The notes: generated by a model from the letters alone, not told the origin. DNA of 32,000 nt from Candidatus Arthromitus sp. SFB-rat-Yit (GCF_000283555.1 NC_016012.1:540001-572000); one strand, 5' to 3'. Positions 7,282 through 17,360 are shown, counted from the stretch's first letter. Translations and numbers: made by a program.

Positions 7282-8385
7282 ATTTTTGTTAAGGTTGTAG
7301 ATGCAAAAAAACTTGTGAATATGGATAATGTTTGTGTTATAGATGTTAGATCCGAAGATGAATTTAAAAATGGGACAATAAGTGGTGCGATTAATATTCC
7401 TATACTTAATAATAAAGAAAGAGAAGAAGTAGGTTTCACCTATGTTAATAAGAGTGTTTGCGATGCGAAGAGGTTAGCATTAAGGTACGCAGGATATAAA
7501 CTTGAGGATATCTTTAATAAAGTTTCTGAGGTTTTTGAAAATAATAAAGAAATTGTATTTTTTTGTGCACGTGGGGGAATGAGAAGTTTAACTGTACATA
7601 ATTTGTTTAACTCTATTGGGATAAAAAATTATAAATTGGATATGGGATATAAGGGTTATAGAAAATTTTTGAGGGAGAATTTTGAAAATTATTTAAAGAA
7701 TATAAGATTCATTGTCATTCATGGGAAAACTGGAATTGGAAAAACAAAAATACTAAAAGAATTAAAAACACAGGGTTATCCTGTTATTGATCTTGAGCGT
7801 GCGGCGAATCATCGTGCTTCATTTTTGGGTGGAGTTAATCTCGGAGAGCAAAATTCTCAAAAAAACTTTGAATCAATAATTTTTCATGACATTTTAGAAA
7901 TAATTAAAACAAATAAATGCGACGATTCTGAAAAAATACATGTATTTATAGAAGGAGAAAGTAAGAGGATAGGTAAAATTATAATACCTGAATATTTTTT
8001 TAAAGTTATGAATGAAGGCATTCATGTTTATGTGGATTTACCTATTCAAATTAGAGTTGAAAATTTGATTGCGGATTACTTAAAGGTTTCGCTTAGTGAG
8101 ATAAAAAATAGAAAAGTTAATATTGATAGTGAAATTTTGAAAGATTTTAAAGAGAGTATGAATCTTCTGGATAAATACTCAAACAAAAATAACATGGAAG
8201 AGTATAGGACTTTGTTTAAAAACGCGGAATATGAAAGGTTAGCAGAGGTTTTGATTATGAATTATTATGATCCTAAGTATTTAAATTCCATGGGTAAACA
8301 TAATTTTGAGTTTAAGTTTGAGTTGAATAATTTAAATGAATTTTTAATTGAGTTAAAAGGCGTGTATAAACTATTGAAAAAATAA
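7282..8385 (+). CDS. mnmH: tRNA 2-selenouridine synthase (rhodanese + P-loop)
   Basis: Rhodanese-like VIDVRSEDEFKNGTISGAINIP, active-site signature FFCARGGMRS, Walker A GKTGIGKTK. A probable non-canonical ATT start at 7282 extends the listed start (GTG 7315). Confidence 0.88.
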   Translation: MFVKVVDAKKLVNMDNVCVIDVRSEDEFKNGTISGAINIPILNNKEREEVGFTYVNKSVCDAKRLALRYAGYKLEDIFNKVSEVFENNKEIVFFCARGGMRSLTVHNLFNSIGIKNYKLDMGYKGYRKFLRENFENYLKNIRFIVIHGKTGIGKTKILKELKTQGYPVIDLERAANHRASFLGGVNLGEQNSQKNFESIIFHDILEIIKTNKCDDSEKIHVFIEGESKRIGKIIIPEYFFKVMNEGIHVYVDLPIQIRVENLIADYLKVSLSEIKNRKVNIDSEILKDFKESMNLLDKYSNKNNMEEYRTLFKNAEYERLAEVLIMNYYDPKYLNSMGKHNFEFKFELNNLNEFLIELKGVYKLLKK

Positions 8386-8474
8386 TTATGGATAAAATTA
8401 ATTTTTATGGAAATACTAATATTTAAATTATTATGATTATGGTTTAATGTTTTAATTTTCTAAGAGGTAGTTTC

Positions 8475-9536
8475 ATGAGAAAAATAATTATTTTTGTCAT
8501 AGGATTTTGTTTGATTTTTAGTTTGAATGTAAACAGCAAGATTTTTGGTAGGGATACTAATTTAGTTGATATTATTGTGTTTAAAAATTTTAGTTACAAG
8601 CAACTTAAAGATGATTTTTTAAAGCAGGTGGGTATTGATATAAATTACGTTACTATTTTAAATCACGCTAACAAAGAAGTTAATGAATCTAATTATAAGG
8701 AAATTTTAACTAATTTTCATAATGAATTGATCTATGATTATAAAGATGTATTTGGTAAGAAGGTAATTAAAAATAGAAATGTATATATTTTGCCAGAAGA
8801 TGAATTTAAAAATAGTTTGAACATAGATGATAAAATAAAAATAAGTAGTGTGTCAGTGGATACCGTGTATAATGATACATCTGCAAATAAAATATTAGTT
8901 GGGAAAATATATTCTTCGCCAAAGTTAGATGATAATAAAGATTGCTATATTATAAAACTTGATAGGAATAATGGAATAATTTGGGGGAAATTATTTGAAG
9001 ATTCTAAAATAAATAGATTCAATAAAATTATAGGAATTTTGGATAATGAGTATTACGTGATAGGATCGGGATATAGAGAATCGGACTGGACTGATGGATT
9101 TATAGCAAGATTTGATAGTGATGGGAATCAAATTTGGAGTGATTTTTATGGATCATCCCATATAGATGATTTTAAAGATGTTGTATCTATAGGTGGTGGC
9201 GAAGTTGTTGTTTTAGCCGAAGTTAGTAATCAGGATGGAGATGTAAAAACGACTATTAGTATAAATAATCCTTTGAATAAAGATTTGGTATTGCTTAAAT
9301 ACAATAGTAACGGTGAAATAGTTTGGCAAAATAGTATAGTGAATGAAAAAGATTTATCAGGATTAAAAATTATAAATAACTCTGATAATATCGTGGTTGT
9401 TGGAGAAGTTTTTAATTGTAATAATTTTGATAAACAAAGAGATATAATATTATCTACATTTGACTTAGATGGAAAGATGAAACTTTGTACGATAATAAAT
9501 GATTGTGATGAAAATATGTTAAATAAATTGTATTAA
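8475..9536 (+). CDS. Secreted protein with beta-propeller-like repeats, unknown function
   Basis: N-terminal signal-like segment; repeats such as KDCYIIKLDRNNGIIWGKLF, TDGFIARFDSDGNQIWSDFYG and KDLVLLKYNSNGEIVWQNSI. Confidence 0.65.
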   Translation: MRKIIIFVIGFCLIFSLNVNSKIFGRDTNLVDIIVFKNFSYKQLKDDFLKQVGIDINYVTILNHANKEVNESNYKEILTNFHNELIYDYKDVFGKKVIKNRNVYILPEDEFKNSLNIDDKIKISSVSVDTVYNDTSANKILVGKIYSSPKLDDNKDCYIIKLDRNNGIIWGKLFEDSKINRFNKIIGILDNEYYVIGSGYRESDWTDGFIARFDSDGNQIWSDFYGSSHIDDFKDVVSIGGGEVVVLAEVSNQDGDVKTTISINNPLNKDLVLLKYNSNGEIVWQNSIVNEKDLSGLKIINNSDNIVVVGEVFNCNNFDKQRDIILSTFDLDGKMKLCTIINDCDENMLNKLY

Positions 9537-9550
9537 ATATGTACATAATA

Positions 9551-9590
9551 AATAGGTATCAGGTTATCCTGATACCTATTTATTTTTTTA
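9551..9590 (+). terminator. Rho-independent terminator
   Basis: AATAGGTATCAGG (9551-9563) TTAT CCTGATACCTATT (9568-9580), then T-rich. Confidence 0.85.
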
Positions 9591-9600
9591 GGAGCGTGTA

Positions 9601-10932
9601 ATGATTAATTATATAAATTACGGAGGAGCTGATGGTATAACAGGGGCGTGTCATATGATCTGTACAGATTATGGAAATATATTATTGGACTGTGGAATTT
9701 TTCAAGGTAAAGATATAAAGAAATATTCTAATACAGATTTTTATTTTGATGTGTCTAAAGTTGATGCTATTGTTTTGAGTCATGCTCACATTGATCATTG
9801 TGGACGGATTCCTATTCTGTACAGTATGGGGTATAGAGGAAAGGTTTATGGAACAAAAGCAACAAAGCTTTTATCAAAAGTTTTATTGGAAGAGAGTTTG
9901 AAAATATATAATTCTTCTGAGGAAAGTGATAAATTATTTGATGATAAAAGCCTTGATATGTTTATAGAAAACTATGTTGAATTAGATTACAGAAATAAAA
10001 TTGAGATTTTAAAAAATATATATGTTGAATTGTTTGATGCTGGACATTTGTTAGGATCTGCATCTATTGTTTTGGAAATAAATGACAAGTCAATATTTTA
10101 TAGTGGTGATATAGGGAAATTAAATACACCTATATTGAAAGACCCAGAACAAGTTACTGATGTTAATTATGCGATAGTTGAAAGTACTTATGGAAGCTTG
10201 GAACAACATGAAACGAATGAGTTTTTTGATAAATTTAGAGAAATTATTATTGGCACTTTAATGAAAGGTGGTAAGTGCGTAATACCAGCTGCAACTGTTG
10301 GAAAGATGCAAGAAATATTGTATTTGCTAAATGATATTTATGAAGAAAATAAATTTAAATATAAAGTGTATATAGATAGTCCAATGTCTACTAAAATTAT
10401 AGATATTTACGAAGAGTGTGAAGAAATATATGATGATGAAGCTAAAGAAAGATTGGACAAAGGTGACAACCCTTTATATTTTGAATCACTTAAATATATA
10501 ACGACTAAAGAAGAATCAATTGAAGTTCAAGAAAATAATGAGCCTTATATTGTTTTAGCAGCAGGGGGAATGTGTGAGGGTGGAAGAATAGTGTATCATC
10601 TAAGAAAGCAAATTGAAAATCCTCTTAACTCTATCATATTAATAGGAAATCAAAATCAGGGAACGTTAGGATGGAAGTTAAGTAATGGAGTCAAAGAAAT
10701 AAAAATATTTAGAGATAAATTTAGAGTTAATGCTAAAATTTTTAATTTTCCAAGTTTATCTGGACATGGAGATTGCAATAGTTTAGTTAAATATCTATCT
10801 TTTATGGAAGAAAAACTTGAAAAATTATTTTTAGTTCATGGAGATAGAAAAAGTCAAGAAGGTTTAAAAAATAAATTGGGTAATTATGATATTGAATATA
10901 CGAAATTTTTGGGAAAATATAGTTTAGGATAA
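9601..10932 (+). CDS. Metallo-beta-lactamase / beta-CASP family hydrolase (RNase-like)
   Basis: LSHAHIDHCGRIP, FDAGHLLGSASIVLE, FYSGDIG, ESTYGS, AAGGMCEGGRIVYHL, LSGHGDCNSLVKYL, LFLVHGD. Confidence 0.88.
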   Translation: MINYINYGGADGITGACHMICTDYGNILLDCGIFQGKDIKKYSNTDFYFDVSKVDAIVLSHAHIDHCGRIPILYSMGYRGKVYGTKATKLLSKVLLEESLKIYNSSEESDKLFDDKSLDMFIENYVELDYRNKIEILKNIYVELFDAGHLLGSASIVLEINDKSIFYSGDIGKLNTPILKDPEQVTDVNYAIVESTYGSLEQHETNEFFDKFREIIIGTLMKGGKCVIPAATVGKMQEILYLLNDIYEENKFKYKVYIDSPMSTKIIDIYEECEEIYDDEAKERLDKGDNPLYFESLKYITTKEESIEVQENNEPYIVLAAGGMCEGGRIVYHLRKQIENPLNSIILIGNQNQGTLGWKLSNGVKEIKIFRDKFRVNAKIFNFPSLSGHGDCNSLVKYLSFMEEKLEKLFLVHGDRKSQEGLKNKLGNYDIEYTKFLGKYSLG

Positions 10933-11084
10933 AATTAAAAAATAACATACTTAACAAAAAATACACAATTTATTTAAAAAATGTCAATAAAAATTTGTTA
11001 TAATTTAGCTTGTAATAAAATTATATAGCTTCTTCAAAAAAATGTTCTTAAGTATCAGTATTAGTATGGAAAGAAGGAATTAAA

Positions 11085-14000
11085 TTGATTAAAAGAAAGA
11101 CAATGACTGTTGATGGTAATGGTGCTGCAGCATACATTGCATATGCGTTTACAGAAATAGCAGCAATTTACCCTATATCACCTTCAAGTGGTATTGGAGA
11201 AAATATAGATGAGATGGCATCACAAGGCAAAAAAAATGTGTTTGGTAGGGTTGTTGATGTTATAGAAATGCAATCAGAAGCAGGTGCATCTGGTGCGGTT
11301 CACGGATTACTACAAGGGGGAACTCTTACAACTACTTATACAGCTTCTCAAGGATTATTATTAATGATACCTAACATGTATAAGATTGCTGGTGAGTTAC
11401 TTCCAGCTGTATTTTATGTAACAGCAAGAGCTATAGCAGCACAAGCTTTATCTATATTCGGAGATCATCAAGATGTTATGGCTACTAGGCAAACAGGATT
11501 TTCTTTATTGGCACTTAGTGGAGTTCAAGAGATTATGGATTTAGCACCTATTGCTCATTTATCATCGCTAAAAGGTAGAGTTCCATTTCTTGTGTTTTAT
11601 GATGGATATAGAACATCGCATGAAGTTCAAAAGGTAGAAGCGTTTGAATATGAAGAATTAAAAAAATTAATTGATTTTGATGCGTTAAATGATTTCAAGA
11701 ACAATGCATTAAATCCTGGTAAACCTGTAACTAGGGGTACTGCACAAAACCCTGATATATATTTCCAAGCGAGAGAAGCTGCGAATAATTACTATGAAAG
11801 GTTACCAGAAATAGTTGAACAATATATGAATAAAATTAATGAGCTTACTGGTAAGAATTATAAATTATTCAACTATTATGGAGCACAAGATGCTGAAAGA
11901 ATTATAATTTGTATGGGATCTGCTGCGGAAACTGTAGAAGAAACTGTTGATTATTTATTGGCAAAAGGTGAGAAAGTCGGAGTTCTTATAGTTCATTTAT
12001 ATAGACCATTTAGTATTAAGCATTTATTAAAAGAAATTCCTATGAGTGTTAAGAAAATAGCTGTTTTGGATAGAACTAAAGAGCCAGGATCTCAAGGTGA
12101 ACCATTATATAAAGATGTTTTAACTGCGTTTTATGGAACAGATAGAAATCCAACAATAGTTGGAGGTAGATATGGATTAGCTTCTAAAGAGCTTAACCCT
12201 ACTCATGTTGTTTCTGTATTTGAATTATTAAAATCTGAGGATGTATCTAATGGATTTACTGTTGGTATAGTAGATGATGTTACTAATACTAATATTAAGT
12301 TGGTAGATGATGTGTTAATAGAAGATTCAGCGATGATTAGCTGTAAGTTCTGGGGATTAGGATCTGATGGAACTGTAGGGGCTAATAAAATGGCTATCAA
12401 AATAATTGGAGATAATACTGATAAACATGTTCAAGCTTATTTTGAATATGATTCCAAGAAATCTGGAGGAATAACAATTTCTCATTTGAGATTTGGAGAT
12501 AATAGAATTAGATCTACTTATGGAATAACTAAAGCTGATTTTGTAGCTTGTCATAATCAATCTTATATGAATAAATATGAAACAATTGTTTCTGGAGTAA
12601 AAAATAATGGTACATTTTTATTGAATACATTGTGGACACCAGAGGAATTAGAAGAAAAGTTACCTGCACATGTTAAGAGAACAATTGCAAATAATAATAT
12701 ACATTTTTATACAATAAATGCTGTTAAGATTGCTAGAGAATTAGGTCTTGGCGCAAGAATTAATATGATAATGCAGTCAGCGTTCTTTAAATTATCAGGA
12801 ATAATACCTGTAGAAGATGCTGTTAAATATTTAAAAACATCTGCAGAAAAAGCTTATAGCAAAAAAGGTGAAAAGATTGTAAAAATGAATTTTGATGCTA
12901 TAGATGCGGGCGTTTCTTCTTTAGTAAAAGTTGATGTTCCAGAAAGCTGGAAAAATGCACAAGATACTGATAAAAGTGATTATTATGTTTGTAGTTTAGA
13001 AAAAACTGATTATGTGAAAAATATTCTTGAACCAGTAAATAAACTTCAAGGAAATGAATTACCTGTAAGTGTGTTTAAAGGTAGAGAAGATGGTACATTT
13101 GAAAATGGAACTTCTAAATTTGAAAAGAGAGGTATTGCAGTTACTGTACCTAAGTGGAATCCTGAAACATGTATTCAGTGTAATATGTGTGCGTTTGTTT
13201 GTCCGCATGCTGTTATTAGACCTTTCTTATTAACAGATGATGAGATAAAAAATGCTCCAGAAGGATATTTGTCTGCTGAAGCAAAAGGTATTAGAACAGA
13301 AAAGAAATTGAATTTTTCTATACAGGTTTCTATAGAAGATTGTACAGGATGTGCTAACTGTGTAGACGTATGTCCATCTAAGCCAAAATCATTAGAGATG
13401 GTTGCAACTGATGGTGAGCGTACGAAACATAAGCAAGAGCATTATGATTATTCATTTGATTCAGAAAAAGTTGAACCTAAAGAGAATCCACTTCCTCTTA
13501 CAACAGTTAAAGCAAGTCAATTCCAAGACCCATTAATGGAATTTAGTGGAGCTTGTGCTGGATGTGGTGAAACTCCTTATTCTAAGCTTGTGACTCAATT
13601 ATTTGGACCAAGAATGGTAGTTGCAAATGCAACTGGATGTTCTTCAATATGGGGAGGATCCGTGCCTGCTATGCCTTATACTAAAAATAGTGAGGGAAGA
13701 GGACCAGCTTGGGCTAACTCATTGTTTGAGGATGCTGCTGAGTTTGGTTATGGTTTATATTTGGCTTCTAAGAATAGAAGAAACGATAACTTCACTTTAG
13801 CTAATGAATTAATTGAAAAAGGAAATATTTCTTCAGATTTAAGTTCTTTATTGAAAGAGTGGACTGAGAATTTTAATAATGGTGATAAGACTTTAGAATT
13901 ACAAAAGAGAATAGTTCCATTATTAGAGAAAGAATCTAATGATGTAGCTAAGAAGTTATTAGATAATAAAGAATTTTTAGTTAAAACTTCTAACTGGATA

Positions 14001-14636
14001 TTTGGAGGAGATGGATGGGCCTATGATATCGGATTCGGTGGATTAGACCATGTTATTGCACAAAATGAAGATATTAACATATTAGTATTTGATACTGAAA
14101 TATATTCAAATACTGGAGGACAGTCCTCTAAATCAACTCCATTTGGTGCTATAGCTAAATTTGCTGCACAAGGTAAGAGGGTTAAGAAGAAAAATTTAGC
14201 TGCAATGGCTATGAGTTATGGTTATGTTTATGTTGCTCAAGTATCTTTAAGTGCTGATTTCAACCAAACATTAAAAGCTATAAGAGAAGCTGAAGCTTAT
14301 CCAGGACCATCAATAGTAATTGCATATAGTCAGTGTATAAGCCACGGAATATTATCTGGAATGGGTACAGCTCAAAAACAAGCTAAGAGAGCTATTGAAG
14401 CTGGATATTGGACTTTATTCAGATATAATCCAGCATTAAAAGATGAAGGGAAAAATCCATTTATATTAGACTCTAAAGAGCCAACTCAAGATTTTAAAGA
14501 GTATATTAAGAGTGAGATAAGATTTAATTCTTTATCTAAAATTGTTCCAGATGAAATGGAAAAGATATTCGATCAAGCGGCTAAGGATGCTGAAGAGAAA
14601 AATAAACAATATAGGAGTCTTGCTGGTTTAGAATAA
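11085..14636 (+). CDS. nifJ: Pyruvate:ferredoxin (flavodoxin) oxidoreductase
   Basis: 1183 aa, full-length PFOR architecture: AYAFTEIAAIYPISPSSGIGE, two 4Fe-4S motifs (CIQCNMCAFVCPH, CTGCANCVDVCPSKP), GACAGCGETPY, IFGGDGWAYDIGFGGLDHV and NTGGQSSKSTP. Confidence 0.97.
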   Translation: MIKRKTMTVDGNGAAAYIAYAFTEIAAIYPISPSSGIGENIDEMASQGKKNVFGRVVDVIEMQSEAGASGAVHGLLQGGTLTTTYTASQGLLLMIPNMYKIAGELLPAVFYVTARAIAAQALSIFGDHQDVMATRQTGFSLLALSGVQEIMDLAPIAHLSSLKGRVPFLVFYDGYRTSHEVQKVEAFEYEELKKLIDFDALNDFKNNALNPGKPVTRGTAQNPDIYFQAREAANNYYERLPEIVEQYMNKINELTGKNYKLFNYYGAQDAERIIICMGSAAETVEETVDYLLAKGEKVGVLIVHLYRPFSIKHLLKEIPMSVKKIAVLDRTKEPGSQGEPLYKDVLTAFYGTDRNPTIVGGRYGLASKELNPTHVVSVFELLKSEDVSNGFTVGIVDDVTNTNIKLVDDVLIEDSAMISCKFWGLGSDGTVGANKMAIKIIGDNTDKHVQAYFEYDSKKSGGITISHLRFGDNRIRSTYGITKADFVACHNQSYMNKYETIVSGVKNNGTFLLNTLWTPEELEEKLPAHVKRTIANNNIHFYTINAVKIARELGLGARINMIMQSAFFKLSGIIPVEDAVKYLKTSAEKAYSKKGEKIVKMNFDAIDAGVSSLVKVDVPESWKNAQDTDKSDYYVCSLEKTDYVKNILEPVNKLQGNELPVSVFKGREDGTFENGTSKFEKRGIAVTVPKWNPETCIQCNMCAFVCPHAVIRPFLLTDDEIKNAPEGYLSAEAKGIRTEKKLNFSIQVSIEDCTGCANCVDVCPSKPKSLEMVATDGERTKHKQEHYDYSFDSEKVEPKENPLPLTTVKASQFQDPLMEFSGACAGCGETPYSKLVTQLFGPRMVVANATGCSSIWGGSVPAMPYTKNSEGRGPAWANSLFEDAAEFGYGLYLASKNRRNDNFTLANELIEKGNISSDLSSLLKEWTENFNNGDKTLELQKRIVPLLEKESNDVAKKLLDNKEFLVKTSNWIFGGDGWAYDIGFGGLDHVIAQNEDINILVFDTEIYSNTGGQSSKSTPFGAIAKFAAQGKRVKKKNLAAMAMSYGYVYVAQVSLSADFNQTLKAIREAEAYPGPSIVIAYSQCISHGILSGMGTAQKQAKRAIEAGYWTLFRYNPALKDEGKNPFILDSKEPTQDFKEYIKSEIRFNSLSKIVPDEMEKIFDQAAKDAEEKNKQYRSLAGLE

Positions 14637-14647
14637 ATTAATTTGGT

Positions 14648-14682
14648 AAATGTGAGTTGTTTTAATAACTCACATTTATTTT
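14648..14682 (+). terminator. Rho-independent terminator after nifJ
   Basis: AAATGTGAGTT (14648-14658) / AACTCACATTT (14667-14677), then ATTTTT. Confidence 0.8.
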
Positions 14683-14683
14683 T

Positions 14684-15901
14684 ATGGAGATGATTTTTAT
14701 AATAAAGACGTTTTTATTGATGATATTTTTAAGTTTATTTACTATAAATTCTTGTTCATATAATCGTATGATGGAAGAAGATTTAATTCAAGTAAAAGTT
14801 AATAAGCCTGATGAAATATTAGAAAAAATAAATTCTATGAATTTAGATGAAAAGATTGGACAATTATTTATAGTTGGATTTGATGGAGAGTCAAATTTGA
14901 CACAAGAAGATATTTTGTTAATAAACGATTACAAAGTTTCTGGATTTATATTTTTTAGGAGAAATATTCAAAGTTCTGATCAAGTTGTCAAACTTATTAA
15001 TGAAATAAAGACTATTAATAAAAATGGATCTAATATTCCGATGTTTCTTTCTTTGGATCAAGAAGGAGGGACTGTTACAAGACTTCCTAATGAGATTATT
15101 AAATTTAAGAGTGCACGTGATATTGGGAAAATAAATAATGAGCAGTATGCTTATGATACTGCAAGAGTTATGGGTGAGCTTGTACATAGTTTAGGATTTA
15201 ATATGAATTTTGCTCCAGTTTTAGATGTGTATACTAATCCTGAAAATACAGTCATTGGGTCAAGAGCTTTTTCTAGTGATAAAGAAATTGTATCAAAACT
15301 AGCAGTAGCTACAATGAAAGGACTTAAGGACAGTGGAGTTATTGCTGTAGGTAAACATTATCCAGGACATGGTGATACAAAAGAGGATTCACATTATGAA
15401 TTGCCCATAGTTAATCATGATTATGAAAGAGTTAAGGATATTGAATTGTATCCATTTAAGATGGCTATAGAAAATGGCATTGATTCAATTTTGGTATCAC
15501 ATTTACTTTATAAAAATATTGATTCTGAAAATATTGCCACTTTGTCTAAGGTTTTTTTGGATGATATACTTATGAGAGAATTAAGATTTAGGGGAATTGT
15601 TATAACAGATGATATGATAATGAATGGGCTTACTAAAAATAATTCTATTACTGAGGCTTGTCTTAAGGCTCTTCAAGCTGGGGTTGATATTTTGTTGATA
15701 GGATCTGGTTATCAAAATATTGTGGATTCAATTAACTTTATTAAGAACGCAGTTTTAAATGGTGAAATTTCTGAGTTTGAAATTGAAAAAAAGGTTTATA
15801 GTGTATTGAAAATGAAACAAAAGTATAATGTGAATAATGATAACGTGTCAAAAATTAATGTGGATGAATTTAATGACAAAATAAGAAATTTATCTTATTA
15901 A
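14684..15901 (+). CDS. nagZ: Beta-N-acetylhexosaminidase, GH3 family, probable lipoprotein
   Basis: GQLFIVGFDG, FLSLDQEGGTVTRLP, NFAPVLDVYTNPENTVIGSRAFSSD, GVIAVGKHYPGHGDTKEDSHYELP, IVITDDMIMNGL. N-terminal hydrophobic segment ending at Cys (TINSC). Exact start uncertain. Confidence 0.9.
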   Translation: MEMIFIIKTFLLMIFLSLFTINSCSYNRMMEEDLIQVKVNKPDEILEKINSMNLDEKIGQLFIVGFDGESNLTQEDILLINDYKVSGFIFFRRNIQSSDQVVKLINEIKTINKNGSNIPMFLSLDQEGGTVTRLPNEIIKFKSARDIGKINNEQYAYDTARVMGELVHSLGFNMNFAPVLDVYTNPENTVIGSRAFSSDKEIVSKLAVATMKGLKDSGVIAVGKHYPGHGDTKEDSHYELPIVNHDYERVKDIELYPFKMAIENGIDSILVSHLLYKNIDSENIATLSKVFLDDILMRELRFRGIVITDDMIMNGLTKNNSITEACLKALQAGVDILLIGSGYQNIVDSINFIKNAVLNGEISEFEIEKKVYSVLKMKQKYNVNNDNVSKINVDEFNDKIRNLSY

Positions 15902-15995
15902 GATTAACAAAAAAATAATATATTTACAAAAAATTCAAATTGTGTTATGATTAACTCGTGTCATTGTCATAGTGTTTTTAAAAGAGGTGAGTTGA

Positions 15996-16580
15996 TTGGC
16001 AGTTAAAAGAGAATGGACAGATAATGAGAAACAAAGTCTTTTAGAACATATAACTGAGTGTAAAAAACGCAAAATAACCGTTAAGGATGCAGCAAAACTT
16101 TTTTCAAACATGTATCCGCATATTACACCAGGGCAAGCTAGGGTTTACTATTATAAATTGATTAATGAAACAGAAAATTTTAAAAAGAAGTATCCTCAGA
16201 GGATTTGGACTGATGAGGAGAATAATATATTATTCGACTATATGGCAGAATTTAAAAATAAAAAGAAGATAGAAATATTTGATATGTTATCTGTTAAGTT
16301 AAATAGACATCCAAAGGCAATAGCATCACATTACTATTCTTTAAAAAATAATATTGATAGAGAGAATGCAACTTGTTATTCAAATATAATAAATAATACA
16401 AGTTCAAGTAATTTTGGTACTTTGTTTTTTAAGATTAGTAAAATACATGAAATTTATGAAAAGGCTTTAGAGATAGAATCAATTTTAAATAAAGAAAAAT
16501 CAATCATAGAATTAAAAGTGCAATTGAGTGAAGTTTTTAATAGGATTAGCAGTATAGAGCAAAAAATTGTAGCTTTTTAG
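15996..16580 (+). CDS. Putative DNA-binding regulator with two Myb/SANT-like segments (RsfA-like)
   Basis: Two W-rich helical modules: REWTDNEKQSLLEHITECKKRKITVKDAAKLF and RIWTDEENNILFDYMAEFKNKKKIEIFDMLSVKLNRHPKAIASHYYSL, then a coiled-coil-like C-terminus. Confidence 0.65.
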   Translation: MAVKREWTDNEKQSLLEHITECKKRKITVKDAAKLFSNMYPHITPGQARVYYYKLINETENFKKKYPQRIWTDEENNILFDYMAEFKNKKKIEIFDMLSVKLNRHPKAIASHYYSLKNNIDRENATCYSNIINNTSSSNFGTLFFKISKIHEIYEKALEIESILNKEKSIIELKVQLSEVFNRISSIEQKIVAF

Positions 16581-16595
16581 ATTTATGTTTTTGTG

Positions 16596-16630
16596 AACTT
16601 CTAGTTTATTTATGACTAGAAGTTTTATTT
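16596..16630 (+). terminator. Rho-independent terminator
   Basis: AACTTCTAGT (16596-16605) / ACTAGAAGTT (16615-16624), then TTATTTTT. Confidence 0.85.
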
Positions 16631-16725
16631 ATTTTTATAAGTTAATTGACTAAAGTAGTTATATGTAATAGAATTGAGTTGTGAATGTTGAATATTCTAA
16701 GTATCGATATGAGGAAGTGTAAATT

Positions 16726-16941
16726 ATGAAAAAAATAGATATTTGTGAAAGTAATTTTGCTTTAGGGACAGACAAAGTTGTAGAAGAATTAGAGAAATCA
16801 AACGAATTTGAAGTTGAAGTTCATGGATGTTTGGGTTATTGTGGAGAATGTTGTGAATCACTTTTTGTTTTATTGGATGGTAAAATGATCGCAGCAGATT
16901 CACCAGAGAAATTACTTGAAGAAATAAATAATAATAAATAA
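16726..16941 (+). CDS. DUF1450 (YuzB-like) small protein
   Basis: 71 aa; CESNFALG...VHGCLGYCGECCESLFVLLDGKMIAADSPEKLLE. Confidence 0.75.
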   Translation: MKKIDICESNFALGTDKVVEELEKSNEFEVEVHGCLGYCGECCESLFVLLDGKMIAADSPEKLLEEINNNK

Positions 16942-17025
16942 CATAATTTCATTTTTAATTGTTAACAATATAAGATAAGTACGAAAGTTTAGAATAGGGA
17001 GGTGTATTCCTTTTAAGGATATATT

Positions 17026-17298
17026 ATGGAAAATAAAGATAAAGAATTGTTAAATGACGAAGAACTTGAGCATGAGCCAGTCTTTGTTGAATTTGAAGAT
17101 GAAAACCAAAACACTATAAGGTGTGAGGTTATTGATGGATTTGAATATAAAGATAAAAATTATTGTGTTGTTTACAATGAAGAAGATGGATCATCTTATG
17201 TTTTTAGATTAACTGATGATGATGAATTGGTTGTACCAGAAGAAAAAGAGTTCGAAGAAGTTGCTGCTTATTATGATAGTATGATAGAGGAAGATTAA
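17026..17298 (+). CDS. DUF1292 family protein
   Basis: 90-aa acidic protein: CEVIDGFEYKDKNYCVVYNEEDGSSYVFRLTDDDELV. Confidence 0.7.
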   Translation: MENKDKELLNDEELEHEPVFVEFEDENQNTIRCEVIDGFEYKDKNYCVVYNEEDGSSYVFRLTDDDELVVPEEKEFEEVAAYYDSMIEED

Positions 17299-17311
17299 GA
17301 ACTTTTTATGT

Positions 17312-17340
17312 GTGCCCTTATTTTTTAGGGCACTTTTATT
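17312..17340 (+). terminator. Rho-independent terminator
   Basis: GTGCCCT (17312-17318) / AGGGCAC (17327-17333), then TTTTATTTT. It overlaps the listed start of the next ORF, arguing against that start. Confidence 0.8.
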
Positions 17341-17360
17341 TTACATATTTGGGGGATTCT

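Noticed and set aside
10933-11084. Possible Rex redox-repressor operator upstream of PFOR (…ACTTAACAAA…, TTGTTATAATTT)
   Set aside because: Only half-sites resembling TTGTTAAnnnnTTAACAA are present and not in the right arrangement. AT-rich chance matches are likely.
17310-17360. N-terminal extension MCPYFLGHFYFTYLGDS of the HAD phosphatase
   Set aside because: This stretch is the stem-loop and T-tail of a terminator. ATG 17361 has its own G-rich RBS and starts at the canonical FAIFDVD core.
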